A DNA stretch of 64,000 bases from an uncultured Acidobacteriota bacterium (GTDB taxonomy: Bacteria; Actinomycetota; Acidimicrobiia; Spongiisociales; ZC4RG35). The position numbers and the translations under genes were made by a program. A model generated the notes under the pieces. That model was not told the origin of the DNA. It searched no databases and saw only the letters and a program-made list of their open reading frames with translations. Below, one piece after another: positions 29,254-38,329 of this stretch (its first letter is position 1; every line of letters begins with the position of its first letter). Where the stretch lies: NCBI GenBank assembly GCA_963749415.1, contig CAVVMG010000001.1, positions 1,676,745 to 1,740,744 on the forward strand. The letters are read 5' to 3'.

Positions 29254-29895
29254 TCAGGTCCCGCCGACACGGGGGGTGGCCGGTGCCAGGCCGCGCAGGG
29301 TCGTCGCCATCGTGGACCGGTAAACCGCCTCGCCATCGCCGGCGGCTTCAAAGGGCCAGTCGTGAAGGGGGCCCGACGCCTGCAGGGTGAGCTCCAGGCT
29401 CACCGACCCATGGGCTGCGGTCCAGAAGGCGTACGCCGCGGCGGCCGGGCTCTCCGCGTCGATCATCCCCTGGGCCATGGCTTCGGTCACCGCGTCGAGA
29501 ATCGGGTCGAGGGCCCGGGCCGGCGTGCTCGAGCGGACCTCGGGAGAAGGGTCGAACCCAGGCAGCTTCTCGAACATCAGTGTGTACAGCGACGGATTGC
29601 CCAGGGCGAAGCGGCGGTAGGCCAGCCCGAGATCGATGAGTCGGCTCATCGGGTCCGATGCGATAGCAGCTGCCGACATGTCATCGGCTAGTCGCTCGAA
29701 CCCACCGGTGTACACGGCATTCATCAACCCGAACTTGTCACCGAACCGGGAGTACACGCACATCGTCGACACGTGGGCGGCCGAGGCGACGCGGCGCAAC
29801 ACCAACGACTCGGCGCCATCGGTGGCCAGGAGCCGGATCGCGGCGTCGACCAGCTCAGCGCGGACCGGATCTTGTTTCTGAACAGGGGTTGTCAT
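29254..29895 (-). CDS. TetR family regulator with WHG domain
   Basis: N-terminal HTH (LRRVA...VYSRFGDK), WTAAHG. Confidence 0.88.
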   Translation of the reverse strand: MTTPVQKQDPVRAELVDAAIRLLATDGAESLVLRRVASAAHVSTMCVYSRFGDKFGLMNAVYTGGFERLADDMSAAAIASDPMSRLIDLGLAYRRFALGNPSLYTLMFEKLPGFDPSPEVRSSTPARALDPILDAVTEAMAQGMIDAESPAAAAYAFWTAAHGSVSLELTLQASGPLHDWPFEAAGDGEAVYRSTMATTLRGLAPATPRVGGT

Positions 29896-29897
29896 CG

Positions 29898-29929
29898 TCG
29901 ATAACGCGCAGTATAACAAGCGTTATCGA
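29898..29929. promoter_or_regulatory. Probable TetR operator in the 45-bp divergent intergenic region
   Basis: TCGATAACGC-N12-GCGTTATCGA perfect inverted repeat with an embedded TATACT (minus strand). Confidence 0.7.
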
Positions 29930-29940
29930 GTTGGAGGCGA

Positions 29941-30933
29941 ATGGGACGGAGAACCAACCTGGCGCTGGCGGTGCTCCTGGTTTCGGCGATCGTCACCGGC
30001 CTCGCCAGTCAGGCGATAGGGGTCGACTGGCCCCTGGACACGGCCGTTGTCCATGGCGCAATGGCCCTGGGCATCCTCCTCCTCGCCCCGTGGAAGAGCA
30101 CCGTCGTGCGCCGGGGCCTGCCAAAGAAGCGACCCGGACGCAAGTTCTCCCTCGCCCTGTTGACCGTGGTCCTCATCACCCTGGCATCGGGACTGCTCCA
30201 TTCCTACGGAGAGGTCGCGCGCATTGGTCCGCTCACCGTGATGCAGATCCACGTGGGTGGTGCGGTCATAGCCCTCGCGCTCGCTGTCGACCATTTCCGC
30301 CGCCACCCGGTCAAGCCCCGGCACTTCGACCTCGACCGCAGGGCTTTCCTCCGCACCTCGGCGCTGACAGCGGCGGCTGCCGGCCTGTGGCTGGCTTGGG
30401 AGGGAACGCTTCAGGCGATCGACACCCCGGGCAGCGAGCGGCGGTTCACAGGGATGCACGAGCGGGGCTCCCATGATCCGTCGGCCCTGCCGGTGACCTC
30501 ATGGTTCGACGATGCCGTCCCCGACGTCGACGAAGAGGACTGGGAGGTGGACGCAGCCGGTCAGACCTTGACCCTGGCCCAGCTGGACGGGTTTCCCCAG
30601 GACACCTTCCCCGCGATCCTCGACTGCACCGGAGGTTGGTATTCCGAGCAGGAATGGACCGGGGTCCGGCTCGACCGCCTGCTCGAGGGCCAGGATGACC
30701 GCAGCTTCGTGGTGTGGTCGGCGACCGGCTATGCCCGGAGATTCCCGATCGCCGACTTGGACACCACCTGGCTGGTGACCCGCCTCGGGGGGGAGCCACT
30801 CAGTCCCGGGCATGGCTTCCCGGCACGGATCGTGTCCCCTGCCCGACGCGGGTTCTGGTGGGTGAAGTGGGTGACCCGGATCGAGTTGTCACCGCTGCCC
30901 TGGTGGGCTCAGTCTCCGTTCCCCCTCACTTGA
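29941..30933 (+). CDS. Membrane molybdopterin-dependent oxidoreductase (sulfite oxidase/MsrP-like domain)
   Basis: N-terminal TM helices; LDCTGGW, WTGVRL, HGFPARI, WVKWV. Confidence 0.8.
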   Translation: MGRRTNLALAVLLVSAIVTGLASQAIGVDWPLDTAVVHGAMALGILLLAPWKSTVVRRGLPKKRPGRKFSLALLTVVLITLASGLLHSYGEVARIGPLTVMQIHVGGAVIALALAVDHFRRHPVKPRHFDLDRRAFLRTSALTAAAAGLWLAWEGTLQAIDTPGSERRFTGMHERGSHDPSALPVTSWFDDAVPDVDEEDWEVDAAGQTLTLAQLDGFPQDTFPAILDCTGGWYSEQEWTGVRLDRLLEGQDDRSFVVWSATGYARRFPIADLDTTWLVTRLGGEPLSPGHGFPARIVSPARRGFWWVKWVTRIELSPLPWWAQSPFPLT

Positions 30934-30942
30934 GCGGGACGC

Positions 30943-31779
30943 TCACCCCAGCTCAACCGGGACGTTCACCAGTGAGCCGTACTCGGTCCACGATCCGTCA
31001 TAGTTCTTGACATCGGTGCGGCCGAGTAGCTCGGTGAGGACGAACCACGTATGGGAGGACCGCTCACCGATGCGGCAGTAGGTGATCACCTCTCCGCCGT
31101 TGACCCCGGTTCCTGCGTAGAGCTCCTTCAACTCATCTGCCGACTTGAAGGTCCCGTCCTCGTTCGCCGCCCGACCCCAAGGGATGTTGAGGGCGCCAGG
31201 GACGTGGCCCGCGACGTATGGCTGCTCCTGGGGCAGGTGGTCGGGCGCGATCTTCTCGCCGCTGAACTCCTCCGGGGAGCGAACGTCGATCAGGGTCGCC
31301 GAGCCTTGGCGGTCGATCACGTCCTGGCGGAAGGCCCGGATCTCGGGGCGCTCTACGCCGGCAATCGCATAGGTCGTGGGGTCGATCGACGGGATGTCGC
31401 CGGTCAGCGGGAGTGACTCCAGCTGCCACTTCTTACGACCGCCGTCGACGAGCTTCACATTCTCGAAGCCCCGATACTTGAGCAGCCAGTAGGCATACGC
31501 AGCGAACCAATTGTTGTTGCCGCCGTACAGCACCACCGTGGTTTCAGGCCCTACTCCAGCCGCTCCGAGAAGCGCGCTGAAACCGTCCTGGTCGAGATAG
31601 TCGCGACGGACCGGGTGATGGAGGTCGTCGGACCAGCTCCAGGCGATTGCGCCCGGGATGTGGTCCTTCTCGTAGAGCGTGGTGTCCTCGTCGACCTCGA
31701 TGATCCGGATCGCCGGGTCGTCGAGATGGTCGTTCAGCCACGCGGTCGACACGAGGGCATCAGGGTTGAAATATGTCAT
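30943..31779 (-). CDS. Sulfurtransferase (tandem rhodanese, CysA/SseA type)
   Basis: GHVPGA, YCRIGERS active loop, YDGSWTEY. Confidence 0.92.
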   Translation of the reverse strand: MTYFNPDALVSTAWLNDHLDDPAIRIIEVDEDTTLYEKDHIPGAIAWSWSDDLHHPVRRDYLDQDGFSALLGAAGVGPETTVVLYGGNNNWFAAYAYWLLKYRGFENVKLVDGGRKKWQLESLPLTGDIPSIDPTTYAIAGVERPEIRAFRQDVIDRQGSATLIDVRSPEEFSGEKIAPDHLPQEQPYVAGHVPGALNIPWGRAANEDGTFKSADELKELYAGTGVNGGEVITYCRIGERSSHTWFVLTELLGRTDVKNYDGSWTEYGSLVNVPVELG

Positions 31780-31842
31780 TCGATTTTGGCTCCTGTGTTG
31801 TGAGGCGAAACGCGGCGCCCAGGCTGTTGCCTGACGAACTCC

Positions 31843-31913
31843 CTCTCGGGTGGTGGCGTCGCTAGGAGCGGGGACGACGTGTTGCGCCGGCACCCGGGCT
31901 GACCACCCGAGAG
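31843..31913 (-). promoter_or_regulatory. Attenuator-like stem overlapping the Cys-rich leader ORF
   Basis: Perfect 12-bp inverted repeat CTCTCGGGTGGT/ACCACCCGAGAG at 31843-31854 and 31902-31913. Confidence 0.65.
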
Positions 31914-31951
31914 CATTCACAGATACAAGCGCACATCGTCATCGAGGACAC
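31862..31951 (-). CDS. Leaderless Cys-rich leader peptide (29 aa, MSSMTMCACICECSRVVSPGAGATRRPRS)
   Basis: GTG exactly 6 nt after a -10 hexamer; four alternating Cys codons; upstream of the sulfurtransferase; not in the ORF track. Confidence 0.7.
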   Translation of the reverse strand: MSSMTMCACICECSRVVSPGAGATRRPRS

Positions 31952-31957
31952 GGGGGG

Positions 31958-31986
31958 AAGATATGCGGTGTGATCGGGCAAGTCAA
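31958..31986 (-). promoter_or_regulatory. SigA-type promoter overlapping the argC stop codon
   Basis: TTGACT, 17-bp spacer, TATCTT. Confidence 0.75.
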
Positions 31987-32921
31987 TGTGGGACGTTCGC
32001 CTCGATGCCGTCGAGCTCGGGCAGACCCAGGGCGAGGTTGAGGTTCTGAAGGGCCTGCACCGCCGCCCCCTTGAGCAGGTTGTCCTCGGCGGCGACGACC
32101 ACCGCGTTCCGACCGTCGGAGCTGGTGTCGAACCCGCCGATCAGGATTCCCGGGCGACCCGTCCCGTCTTTCAGCTCCGGGATCTCATCCCGGATTTCGA
32201 TCAGGGGCTCGTCGCAGTACCTGCTGTCAAACCGGGCGCGGACCTCCTCGACGGCCATCGCGGTGCCGAGCGGGATGTGGGCGGTTACCAGCAAGCCACT
32301 GAAAGTCGGGTGGACATGGGGCATGAAACGCACCTCGATCCCCAATTGGCGGGTCGTCTCCCGCTCGTGGTTGTGCCCGACGAGCGTGTACGGCACCAGG
32401 TTGTCGGCGAGGCGATCCACGTCATTGCGAGGGCTCGGTGTGGACCCCGCGCCCGAGTAGCCGGAAACACCGAAGACAGCGGGCACCCCGGCGACCAAGT
32501 CGATCAAGGGGGCGAGCGCGATCTGGGCCGCGGTGGCGTAGCAGCCGGGGTTGGCGATCCGGGTGGCCCCTTTCAGCTCGGCACGTCGGAGCTCGGGCAA
32601 CCCGTACACCCAGGCGTCGTCGAAGCGGTGATCGGCAGAGATGTCGATGACCACTGTGTCGTCGTCGATCGCGGACATGTAGAGATCAGCTGCCCCATCA
32701 GGCAGGGCCAATACCACGGCATCGACATCGAAGTCAGAAAGTCGCGACGGGTCGATCGCCTCGAAGTGCGCCTCCTCGGTCTCCGGAACCTGCTGGCCGG
32801 CGAGCTCCCGGGAGCCGGCGAAGGCGAGCTCGAGAGACGGGTGTCCGCTGATCAGCGGGATGAGCCGGGACCCGGTATGGCCCCGGGCGCCGACTACGCC
32901 GACCCGGTGGCGCTCAGGCAT
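31983..32921 (-). CDS. argC: N-acetyl-gamma-glutamyl-phosphate reductase
   Basis: GVVGARGHTG, DISADHRF, NPGCY, GVSGYSGAG. Confidence 0.92.
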   Translation of the reverse strand: MPERHRVGVVGARGHTGSRLIPLISGHPSLELAFAGSRELAGQQVPETEEAHFEAIDPSRLSDFDVDAVVLALPDGAADLYMSAIDDDTVVIDISADHRFDDAWVYGLPELRRAELKGATRIANPGCYATAAQIALAPLIDLVAGVPAVFGVSGYSGAGSTPSPRNDVDRLADNLVPYTLVGHNHERETTRQLGIEVRFMPHVHPTFSGLLVTAHIPLGTAMAVEEVRARFDSRYCDEPLIEIRDEIPELKDGTGRPGILIGGFDTSSDGRNAVVVAAEDNLLKGAAVQALQNLNLALGLPELDGIEANVPH

Positions 32922-34242
32922 CGTCCGGGCCCAGGAAGGAGGCAGGAAGGGCGGCCACCGCGTCGACCCGGTCCGCAACACTGGAGAAATCTGTCTCTCC
33001 TCGCCAGAATACGGTCCAAGGGCCGCGCTTCACCGAGCCATCGCATTCCTCGGCATAAAAGGCGTTGAAGCCATTGTCGGTGCGCGACCGCCAGTAGAGG
33101 ATCGGGTGGTCGGCGACCAGCCGGGCCCAAACGGTTCGAGCGAGGCCTTCCCCGCGGGCGTCCTCGAGGATGGCGAACTTGTCGAGGTAGGCGAAGTCGC
33201 TCAGAGTGGCAACCAGGGCTCCGGCCCGGAAGCTCTCCGACACGTATGCGGAGGCCAGGTGGAGCCCATCCCACCAGTCGGGGGCCAGCGTTTGGCCGAA
33301 TGCCTCTTCGACCAACTTCTCGAACTGGGTCCTGTCGAGCGCGCCTTTGTCGCTGTGTTTCTCGATCAGTTCTCCCCTGCGGACCAGGGTGCCCGAGCCG
33401 CCGTGGGTGAAGAGCTCCTTGACCAGGCCCGAGGGAGTGGTGATCGAAACCGAGGTCGACAGCGGGGTGTCGTCGAGCAAGCGCTTGATCTCCTCGAGTT
33501 TCAGCCGCATCCCCGAGTGCACCCAACTCTGCGCGATCAGGCCCTCGAAATCAGAGGCCAGGTTGATCGATTCGATGACCTTGCCGTCGGCGTCGAGCAG
33601 TCCTCCGACGTCGGCGAGGAAGATGATCTTCATCGGCTGCACCGCGTGGACCAGGGCCCGCGTGGCCGAGTCGGCGTTGATGTTGACCAGTTGCCCCCCG
33701 GGCGCCACCCCGAGGCAGGTCAGGATGGGGATCGCGCCCGAGTCCACGATGGAGCGGATAAGGGGGAGGTGGACTTCGGTGGGCTCGCCGACGAGCCCGT
33801 ATCTCTCGCGGTCGACGTAACCGGCTTCGAACGCCCCCTCGGTGAGCCCGTGTGCTGCCACTCCCTGATCACGAACGGCTTCCACGAGGAGGATGTTCTG
33901 CTCGATGAAGGTGGCCCGGGCTGCATCCAACACGTCGGGCCCGGTGACCCTCAGGCCGTCGAGCCTGTCGTTGGGTAAGCCCCGTGTTTCCAGGGTCTCG
34001 TCCAGTTGCGGCCCGCCGCCGTGGATCACGATGGGGGTGAGCCCCACCGTGTGCAGGAAGGCGAGCGCAGCCGCGGTCTCTTCGAGGCGGTCGCGCATCA
34101 CAGCACCGCCGATCTTGATGACCGCGAACCGGGAGCGGTCGACCTCGGAGAACCGCTGCAGATAGGCGCGGATCTCTTTGCCATCGCTCATGTTGCTGAG
34201 TAAGTGGACGATGGTCTGGCGGACGTCGCGGTTGGTCGTCAT
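32914..34242 (-). CDS. argB: Acetylglutamate kinase with C-terminal NAT (DUF619) domain; Xanthomonas-type bifunctional NAGS/K
   Basis: VIKIGG, IHGGGPQ, NINAD, followed by YLDKFAI...WRSRTDN NAT domain; 442 aa. Confidence 0.88.
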   Translation of the reverse strand: MTTNRDVRQTIVHLLSNMSDGKEIRAYLQRFSEVDRSRFAVIKIGGAVMRDRLEETAAALAFLHTVGLTPIVIHGGGPQLDETLETRGLPNDRLDGLRVTGPDVLDAARATFIEQNILLVEAVRDQGVAAHGLTEGAFEAGYVDRERYGLVGEPTEVHLPLIRSIVDSGAIPILTCLGVAPGGQLVNINADSATRALVHAVQPMKIIFLADVGGLLDADGKVIESINLASDFEGLIAQSWVHSGMRLKLEEIKRLLDDTPLSTSVSITTPSGLVKELFTHGGSGTLVRRGELIEKHSDKGALDRTQFEKLVEEAFGQTLAPDWWDGLHLASAYVSESFRAGALVATLSDFAYLDKFAILEDARGEGLARTVWARLVADHPILYWRSRTDNGFNAFYAEECDGSVKRGPWTVFWRGETDFSSVADRVDAVAALPASFLGPDDA

Positions 34243-34256
34243 CTGCTGTCGTTTTC

Positions 34257-35264
34257 TCAGCGATTCTCGTCGGCGACGAGGGAGCGCATGATCGCCTTCT
34301 GGACGTGGAGCCGATTCTCGGCCTCTTCGTAGGCGAAGCAATTGGGCCCATCGAACACCGCGTCGGTCATGATCATGTTCCGCCGCATGGGCAGACAGTG
34401 GCTGATCAATGCGTCGTTGGTCCGGGCCATTTTCTCCTCATCGACGATGAAATGCCGGAACCGATCACGGATCGGCTTCTCCGCATCCCAGTTGCCAAAA
34501 TAGGGAAGGGCACCCCAGCTCTTGGCGTAGACCACGTCCGCCCCCTCGTAGCCCTCACCTATCTCGTGGGTGAGGGTGACCTTCCGACCTTGGGCCCGAG
34601 CGTCGCTCATTGCCTGAACCAGATAGCGGTCGTCGAGCACGAATTCCTCGGTAGGGCAGAGCAGAGTGACATCCATTCCGAACTTTGCTGCGATGAGCAA
34701 GGCCGAGTTGGCGACCGCGGTGTTCAGGGGCTTTGGGTGATAGCTCCAGGTGAGCAGGTATTTCTTGCCCGTCAGCTCGCCGAGGTGGTCCTGGAGCGCC
34801 ATGACATGGGCCAGCTCCTGGCACGGATGCACGATGGTCTCCATGTTGATCACCGGGACGTCCGAGTACCTGGCGAAGGAATTGAGGATGATGTCCTTGC
34901 GGTCCTCCTCCCAGTCCTGGAACTTGGGGAAGGCGCGGATCCCGATCAGGTCGCAGTAGCGGGAGAGGACTTTGGCGGCCTCTTTGACGTGCTCTTCGGC
35001 GTCACCGTCCATGACCACGCCGTCCTCGAACTCGAGGGGCCACATCCCTTCGCTTGGGGAGAGAACGACGGCGTGACCGCCGAGTTGGTTGATCCCGACA
35101 TCGAACGATGTCCTAGTGCGCAGCGAATTGTTGAGGAAGAGCAGGGCGATCGTCTTCCCGGCGAGAGAATCGTTCAACGGCGAGGTTCTAAGGGCACGCG
35201 CATCGTCGAGAAGTCCCTGTAACTCGGGCCGCGTCCAATCGGTCGTGCCGAGAAAATGCCTCAT
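34257..35264 (-). CDS. argF: N-acetylornithine carbamoyltransferase (ArgF')
   Basis: NSLRTRTSF, DGDAEEH, INMETIVHPCQELAH, TWSYHPKPL, HCLP. Confidence 0.88.
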   Translation of the reverse strand: MRHFLGTTDWTRPELQGLLDDARALRTSPLNDSLAGKTIALLFLNNSLRTRTSFDVGINQLGGHAVVLSPSEGMWPLEFEDGVVMDGDAEEHVKEAAKVLSRYCDLIGIRAFPKFQDWEEDRKDIILNSFARYSDVPVINMETIVHPCQELAHVMALQDHLGELTGKKYLLTWSYHPKPLNTAVANSALLIAAKFGMDVTLLCPTEEFVLDDRYLVQAMSDARAQGRKVTLTHEIGEGYEGADVVYAKSWGALPYFGNWDAEKPIRDRFRHFIVDEEKMARTNDALISHCLPMRRNMIMTDAVFDGPNCFAYEEAENRLHVQKAIMRSLVADENR

Positions 35265-35305
35265 TGCCGTTGTTTACCGAGCGGGTTCGCGAAATCCAAA
35301 CAGGC

Positions 35306-36091
35306 CTAAACGGTGGCTGCCTCCCGTGCCTCCTTGACGAAGAAGTCGAGCGCGGTCGCAGTCTTGGTCGCTTGTTCGGCCGAGAGGTCGATCCCCTTCC
35401 CCGAGAGGAAGGCGCGGGCCTCCGCCGCGACCTGGAACGCGTCCGCCGGCACCGTCTTCGTCGACAATTCCAGGATCCGGCTCCCATCGGGGTAGTTCCA
35501 CAGCTCGGCGACCATCGGGCGAAATTCCTTGGGTGTGAACTTCAGCTTGAAGACGTTGATCGGGCCCAGGACGAGGAGATCATCGAGGGCGATCCCACTT
35601 GGTGCGTGATTCTTGTAGAAGGCCCGCTGCTCCTTGGTGAACAGCTTGCGGATCGGCCGGGCTCCCGCCGCGGTCTCCCGGACCACCATGGAGTCGGCAA
35701 CCCCTTTCATCGACCCGGAGCAAACGAAGCCGCCGGGTAGGGCGTCGACTTCTACGCCGAACGAGGGGGACTTCCGGATCTCCTGCGGCAGGTCGTCGGG
35801 GACCACCGGGCGGAGCTTGACCGTCGAATCTCCAGGTCTGCCCTGGATACGTCGCGCCCTGGGTACCACCCCGGCCTTGTTGAGCGCGAGGTCAATCGTG
35901 TCGAAGAAGAACACCTGCCGGATCTGGGCGTTGAGGGGGTCGAGATCGAGCGCCGCGACCGCCGAGCGGCGGCTGGCATCGGGGACCGTGAGCTTGAGCT
36001 CGACGCTGTCGGCCTTCTTGATGAGCGCGAGCACCTCGGCGAGCTGCTCGTCGCTGAGACGCTTTTCGGTGTTGGGCTGGGTCTTGAGCAT
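35306..36091 (-). CDS. CYTH-like/adenylate-cyclase-like domain protein
   Basis: SVELKLTV ExExK-like motif, FFDT, ELW, ELSTK. Confidence 0.6.
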   Translation of the reverse strand: MLKTQPNTEKRLSDEQLAEVLALIKKADSVELKLTVPDASRRSAVAALDLDPLNAQIRQVFFFDTIDLALNKAGVVPRARRIQGRPGDSTVKLRPVVPDDLPQEIRKSPSFGVEVDALPGGFVCSGSMKGVADSMVVRETAAGARPIRKLFTKEQRAFYKNHAPSGIALDDLLVLGPINVFKLKFTPKEFRPMVAELWNYPDGSRILELSTKTVPADAFQVAAEARAFLSGKGIDLSAEQATKTATALDFFVKEAREAATV

Positions 36092-36247
36092 GTGGGCTTA
36101 CTCCTCGAGTGTCATGCTGGATAGGCGAGTTCTTCGGTCTATGTCTAGCCCATGGCGTCGGCGCGTGGGTTAGCGGACCGTTGTTGACCGTCTCCTATGC
36201 CAGGGGCATACTCGTTCACGACCCCCACGCATTCGGAGGTCCACCGT

Positions 36248-37417
36248 ATGAGCATGACCTATAGGGAGCTGGTGGCTGCTGCCAAAGCGCGGATCCAGGA
36301 GATCGATTCCCAGGAACTCGAGGAGCGGCTCGACACCGTCACCGTGATCGATGTTCGTGAGGCCGACGAGCACGAACAGGGCTCCATCCCGGGATCGCTC
36401 CACATGCCGCGGGGTCGGCTGGAGGGCTCGATCGCGGGATTGGTCCCTGATTCCGAACACGAAGTGGTCCTCTACTGCGCGGTAGGTGCCCGGTCGGCAT
36501 TGGCCGCGGTCGCCCTTCAGGAGTTGGGATACCGAAACGTCTCTTCTCTTGCCGGGGGGTTCGATCGCTGGAAGGGTGAGGGGCATGAATGGGGAGCACC
36601 CCTCGGGCTCAGTAACGAGCAGCGCACCCGTTACAGCAGGCACACCCTGCTTCCCGAGGTTGGTGAGGCCGGGCAGCTGAAGCTGCTCGACACCAAGATT
36701 CTCATCATCGGAGCCGGCGGCTTGGGCTCGCCGGCCGCCCTCTATCTGGCGGCCGCGGGCGTGGGCACCATGGGGATCGTCGATTTCGATGTGGTCGACG
36801 CTTCGAACCTGCAGCGCCAGATTCTCCACAACGTCGACCGTATCGGGCAGTCCAAGGTGGAGTCGGCACGGGAGACCCTGGGCGCCCTGAATCCCGACGT
36901 CAAGCTCGTCACCTACGACGAGATGCTGACCTCGGAGAACGCCTTGAGGATCATGGGCGGCTACGACGTGATCGTCGATGGTGGTGACAACTTCCCGACG
37001 AGGTACCTGGTCAACGATGCCTCCTTGCATCTCCGGGTGCCGGTGGTTCACGGCTCGATATTCCGCTTCGAGGGCCAGATCACCGTCTACGACCCCTACA
37101 ACGGGCCTTGTTATCGGTGTCAGTTCGCCGAGCCCCCACCCCCGGAGCTGGCGCCCTCGTGCGCCGAGGCCGGCGTCCTCGGCGTGCTCCCTGGAGTGAT
37201 CGGCGCCCTGCAGGCGACGGAGGCGATCAAGATCGCCCTCGGTCTCGGTGAGCCGCTCGTTGGGCGCCTCCTCACCTACGACGGGCTGACCCAGGAGTTC
37301 ATCACCCTGAACCTGCACCGTGATCCCGAATGCCCGGCGTGCTCGGATGAGGCCCACCCGCCTCGCCTCGTCGATTACGACCAGTTCTGTCGGCCTGCGG
37401 GTGTGGTCAGCCGCTAA
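36248..37417 (+). CDS. moeB: Rhodanese-ThiF/MoeB fusion adenylyltransferase
   Basis: N-terminal rhodanese (DVRE, YCAVGARS), RYSRH, GAGGLGS, CYRC, CPAC. Confidence 0.88.
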   Translation: MSMTYRELVAAAKARIQEIDSQELEERLDTVTVIDVREADEHEQGSIPGSLHMPRGRLEGSIAGLVPDSEHEVVLYCAVGARSALAAVALQELGYRNVSSLAGGFDRWKGEGHEWGAPLGLSNEQRTRYSRHTLLPEVGEAGQLKLLDTKILIIGAGGLGSPAALYLAAAGVGTMGIVDFDVVDASNLQRQILHNVDRIGQSKVESARETLGALNPDVKLVTYDEMLTSENALRIMGGYDVIVDGGDNFPTRYLVNDASLHLRVPVVHGSIFRFEGQITVYDPYNGPCYRCQFAEPPPPELAPSCAEAGVLGVLPGVIGALQATEAIKIALGLGEPLVGRLLTYDGLTQEFITLNLHRDPECPACSDEAHPPRLVDYDQFCRPAGVVSR

Positions 37418-38049
37418 TCCTCGAAGGCGAAGTTGACCTGGAGGGTGATGGCAACCGTCGAGGTGCCGGCCTCGATCGGGGTCGGGGCGGCCTCTGCGGC
37501 CATCATTCGCTGGCGGAACACGGGCACCGGCGGGCTGTCCATGGCCTCTTGGATCGACGTCGCCGTGCCCAGTCGCCGACCGGCGAGCTGCGCCAGCTGG
37601 GTGGCCTTCGACATCGCGTCATCCCAGGCGGCGGTACGTGCGGCCTTGACCAGCTCGGCGTCGTCCTCGAGGCTGAACCGGACCCCATTGACCCTGACAT
37701 CGTCACCTCCCGCCGCGGCAGCAGAGTCGATGATCGAGCCTGTTGCCTCGAGGTCGCGGACCTTGACCCGAACACTGTTGTTGACCCGATATCCGATGAG
37801 CCTCTGTTGGTTCGAGGAGTAGTCGTATTCGGGGTTGATCGAGTAATCGGCGGTGGTGATGTCCCTGCGATCGATCGCGCCGTCGGCGAGAGCGGACATC
37901 AGTGCGGTTGCCCTTTCCGTGGCTCGGGACGCTGCCTCTCGGACCGTGCTTCCGAGGACCGAGACGCCGAGGTCGAGCTCGACGGTGTCCGGGGTCCCGG
38001 TCACTTCGCCGGTCCCGGTCACGGTGATTCCCAACATCGATTTGTCCAC
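37414..38049 (-). CDS. SIMPL/DUF541 domain protein
   Basis: ITVTGTG...PD, GYRVNN, A...A..KA..LA pattern. Confidence 0.85.
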   Translation of the reverse strand: MDKSMLGITVTGTGEVTGTPDTVELDLGVSVLGSTVREAASRATERATALMSALADGAIDRRDITTADYSINPEYDYSSNQQRLIGYRVNNSVRVKVRDLEATGSIIDSAAAAGGDDVRVNGVRFSLEDDAELVKAARTAAWDDAMSKATQLAQLAGRRLGTATSIQEAMDSPPVPVFRQRMMAAEAAPTPIEAGTSTVAITLQVNFAFED

Positions 38050-38050
38050 C

Positions 38051-38329
38051 TCAGGGCTCCCTCGGAATGTGGACCTTGCCGTTTCTCACTGCCACGCCCT
38101 CGTCAGAAAGAAGGAGGCTCTGGCGCTGCGGCTCCGGTGAGCGGAGATGCCCGCCGGCGCCCACCACCCGCCACCACGGTAGGTCGGAGTCGCATCTTGC
38201 CAGCACCGACCCCACGGCTCGCGCTGCTCCGGGGAAGCCTGCTTCGGCGGCCACTTCGCCGTAGGTGAGGACATCTCCGGGCTCGAGGCGCTCTATCACG
38301 GCGAGCACCGCTTCCTCGAAGTCGCTCAC
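38051..38329 (-). CDS. MGMT-family alkyltransferase-like protein
   Basis: TYGEVA, ARAVG, PWWRVV (Trp in place of the catalytic Cys). Confidence 0.85.
   Translation of the reverse strand: MSDFEEAVLAVIERLEPGDVLTYGEVAAEAGFPGAARAVGSVLARCDSDLPWWRVVGAGGHLRSPEPQRQSLLLSDEGVAVRNGKVHIPREP

Noticed and set aside
31780-31950. SAM-IV or SAH riboswitch upstream of the sulfurtransferase
   Set aside because: Core consensus not matched; the Cys-rich leader ORF explains the structure better
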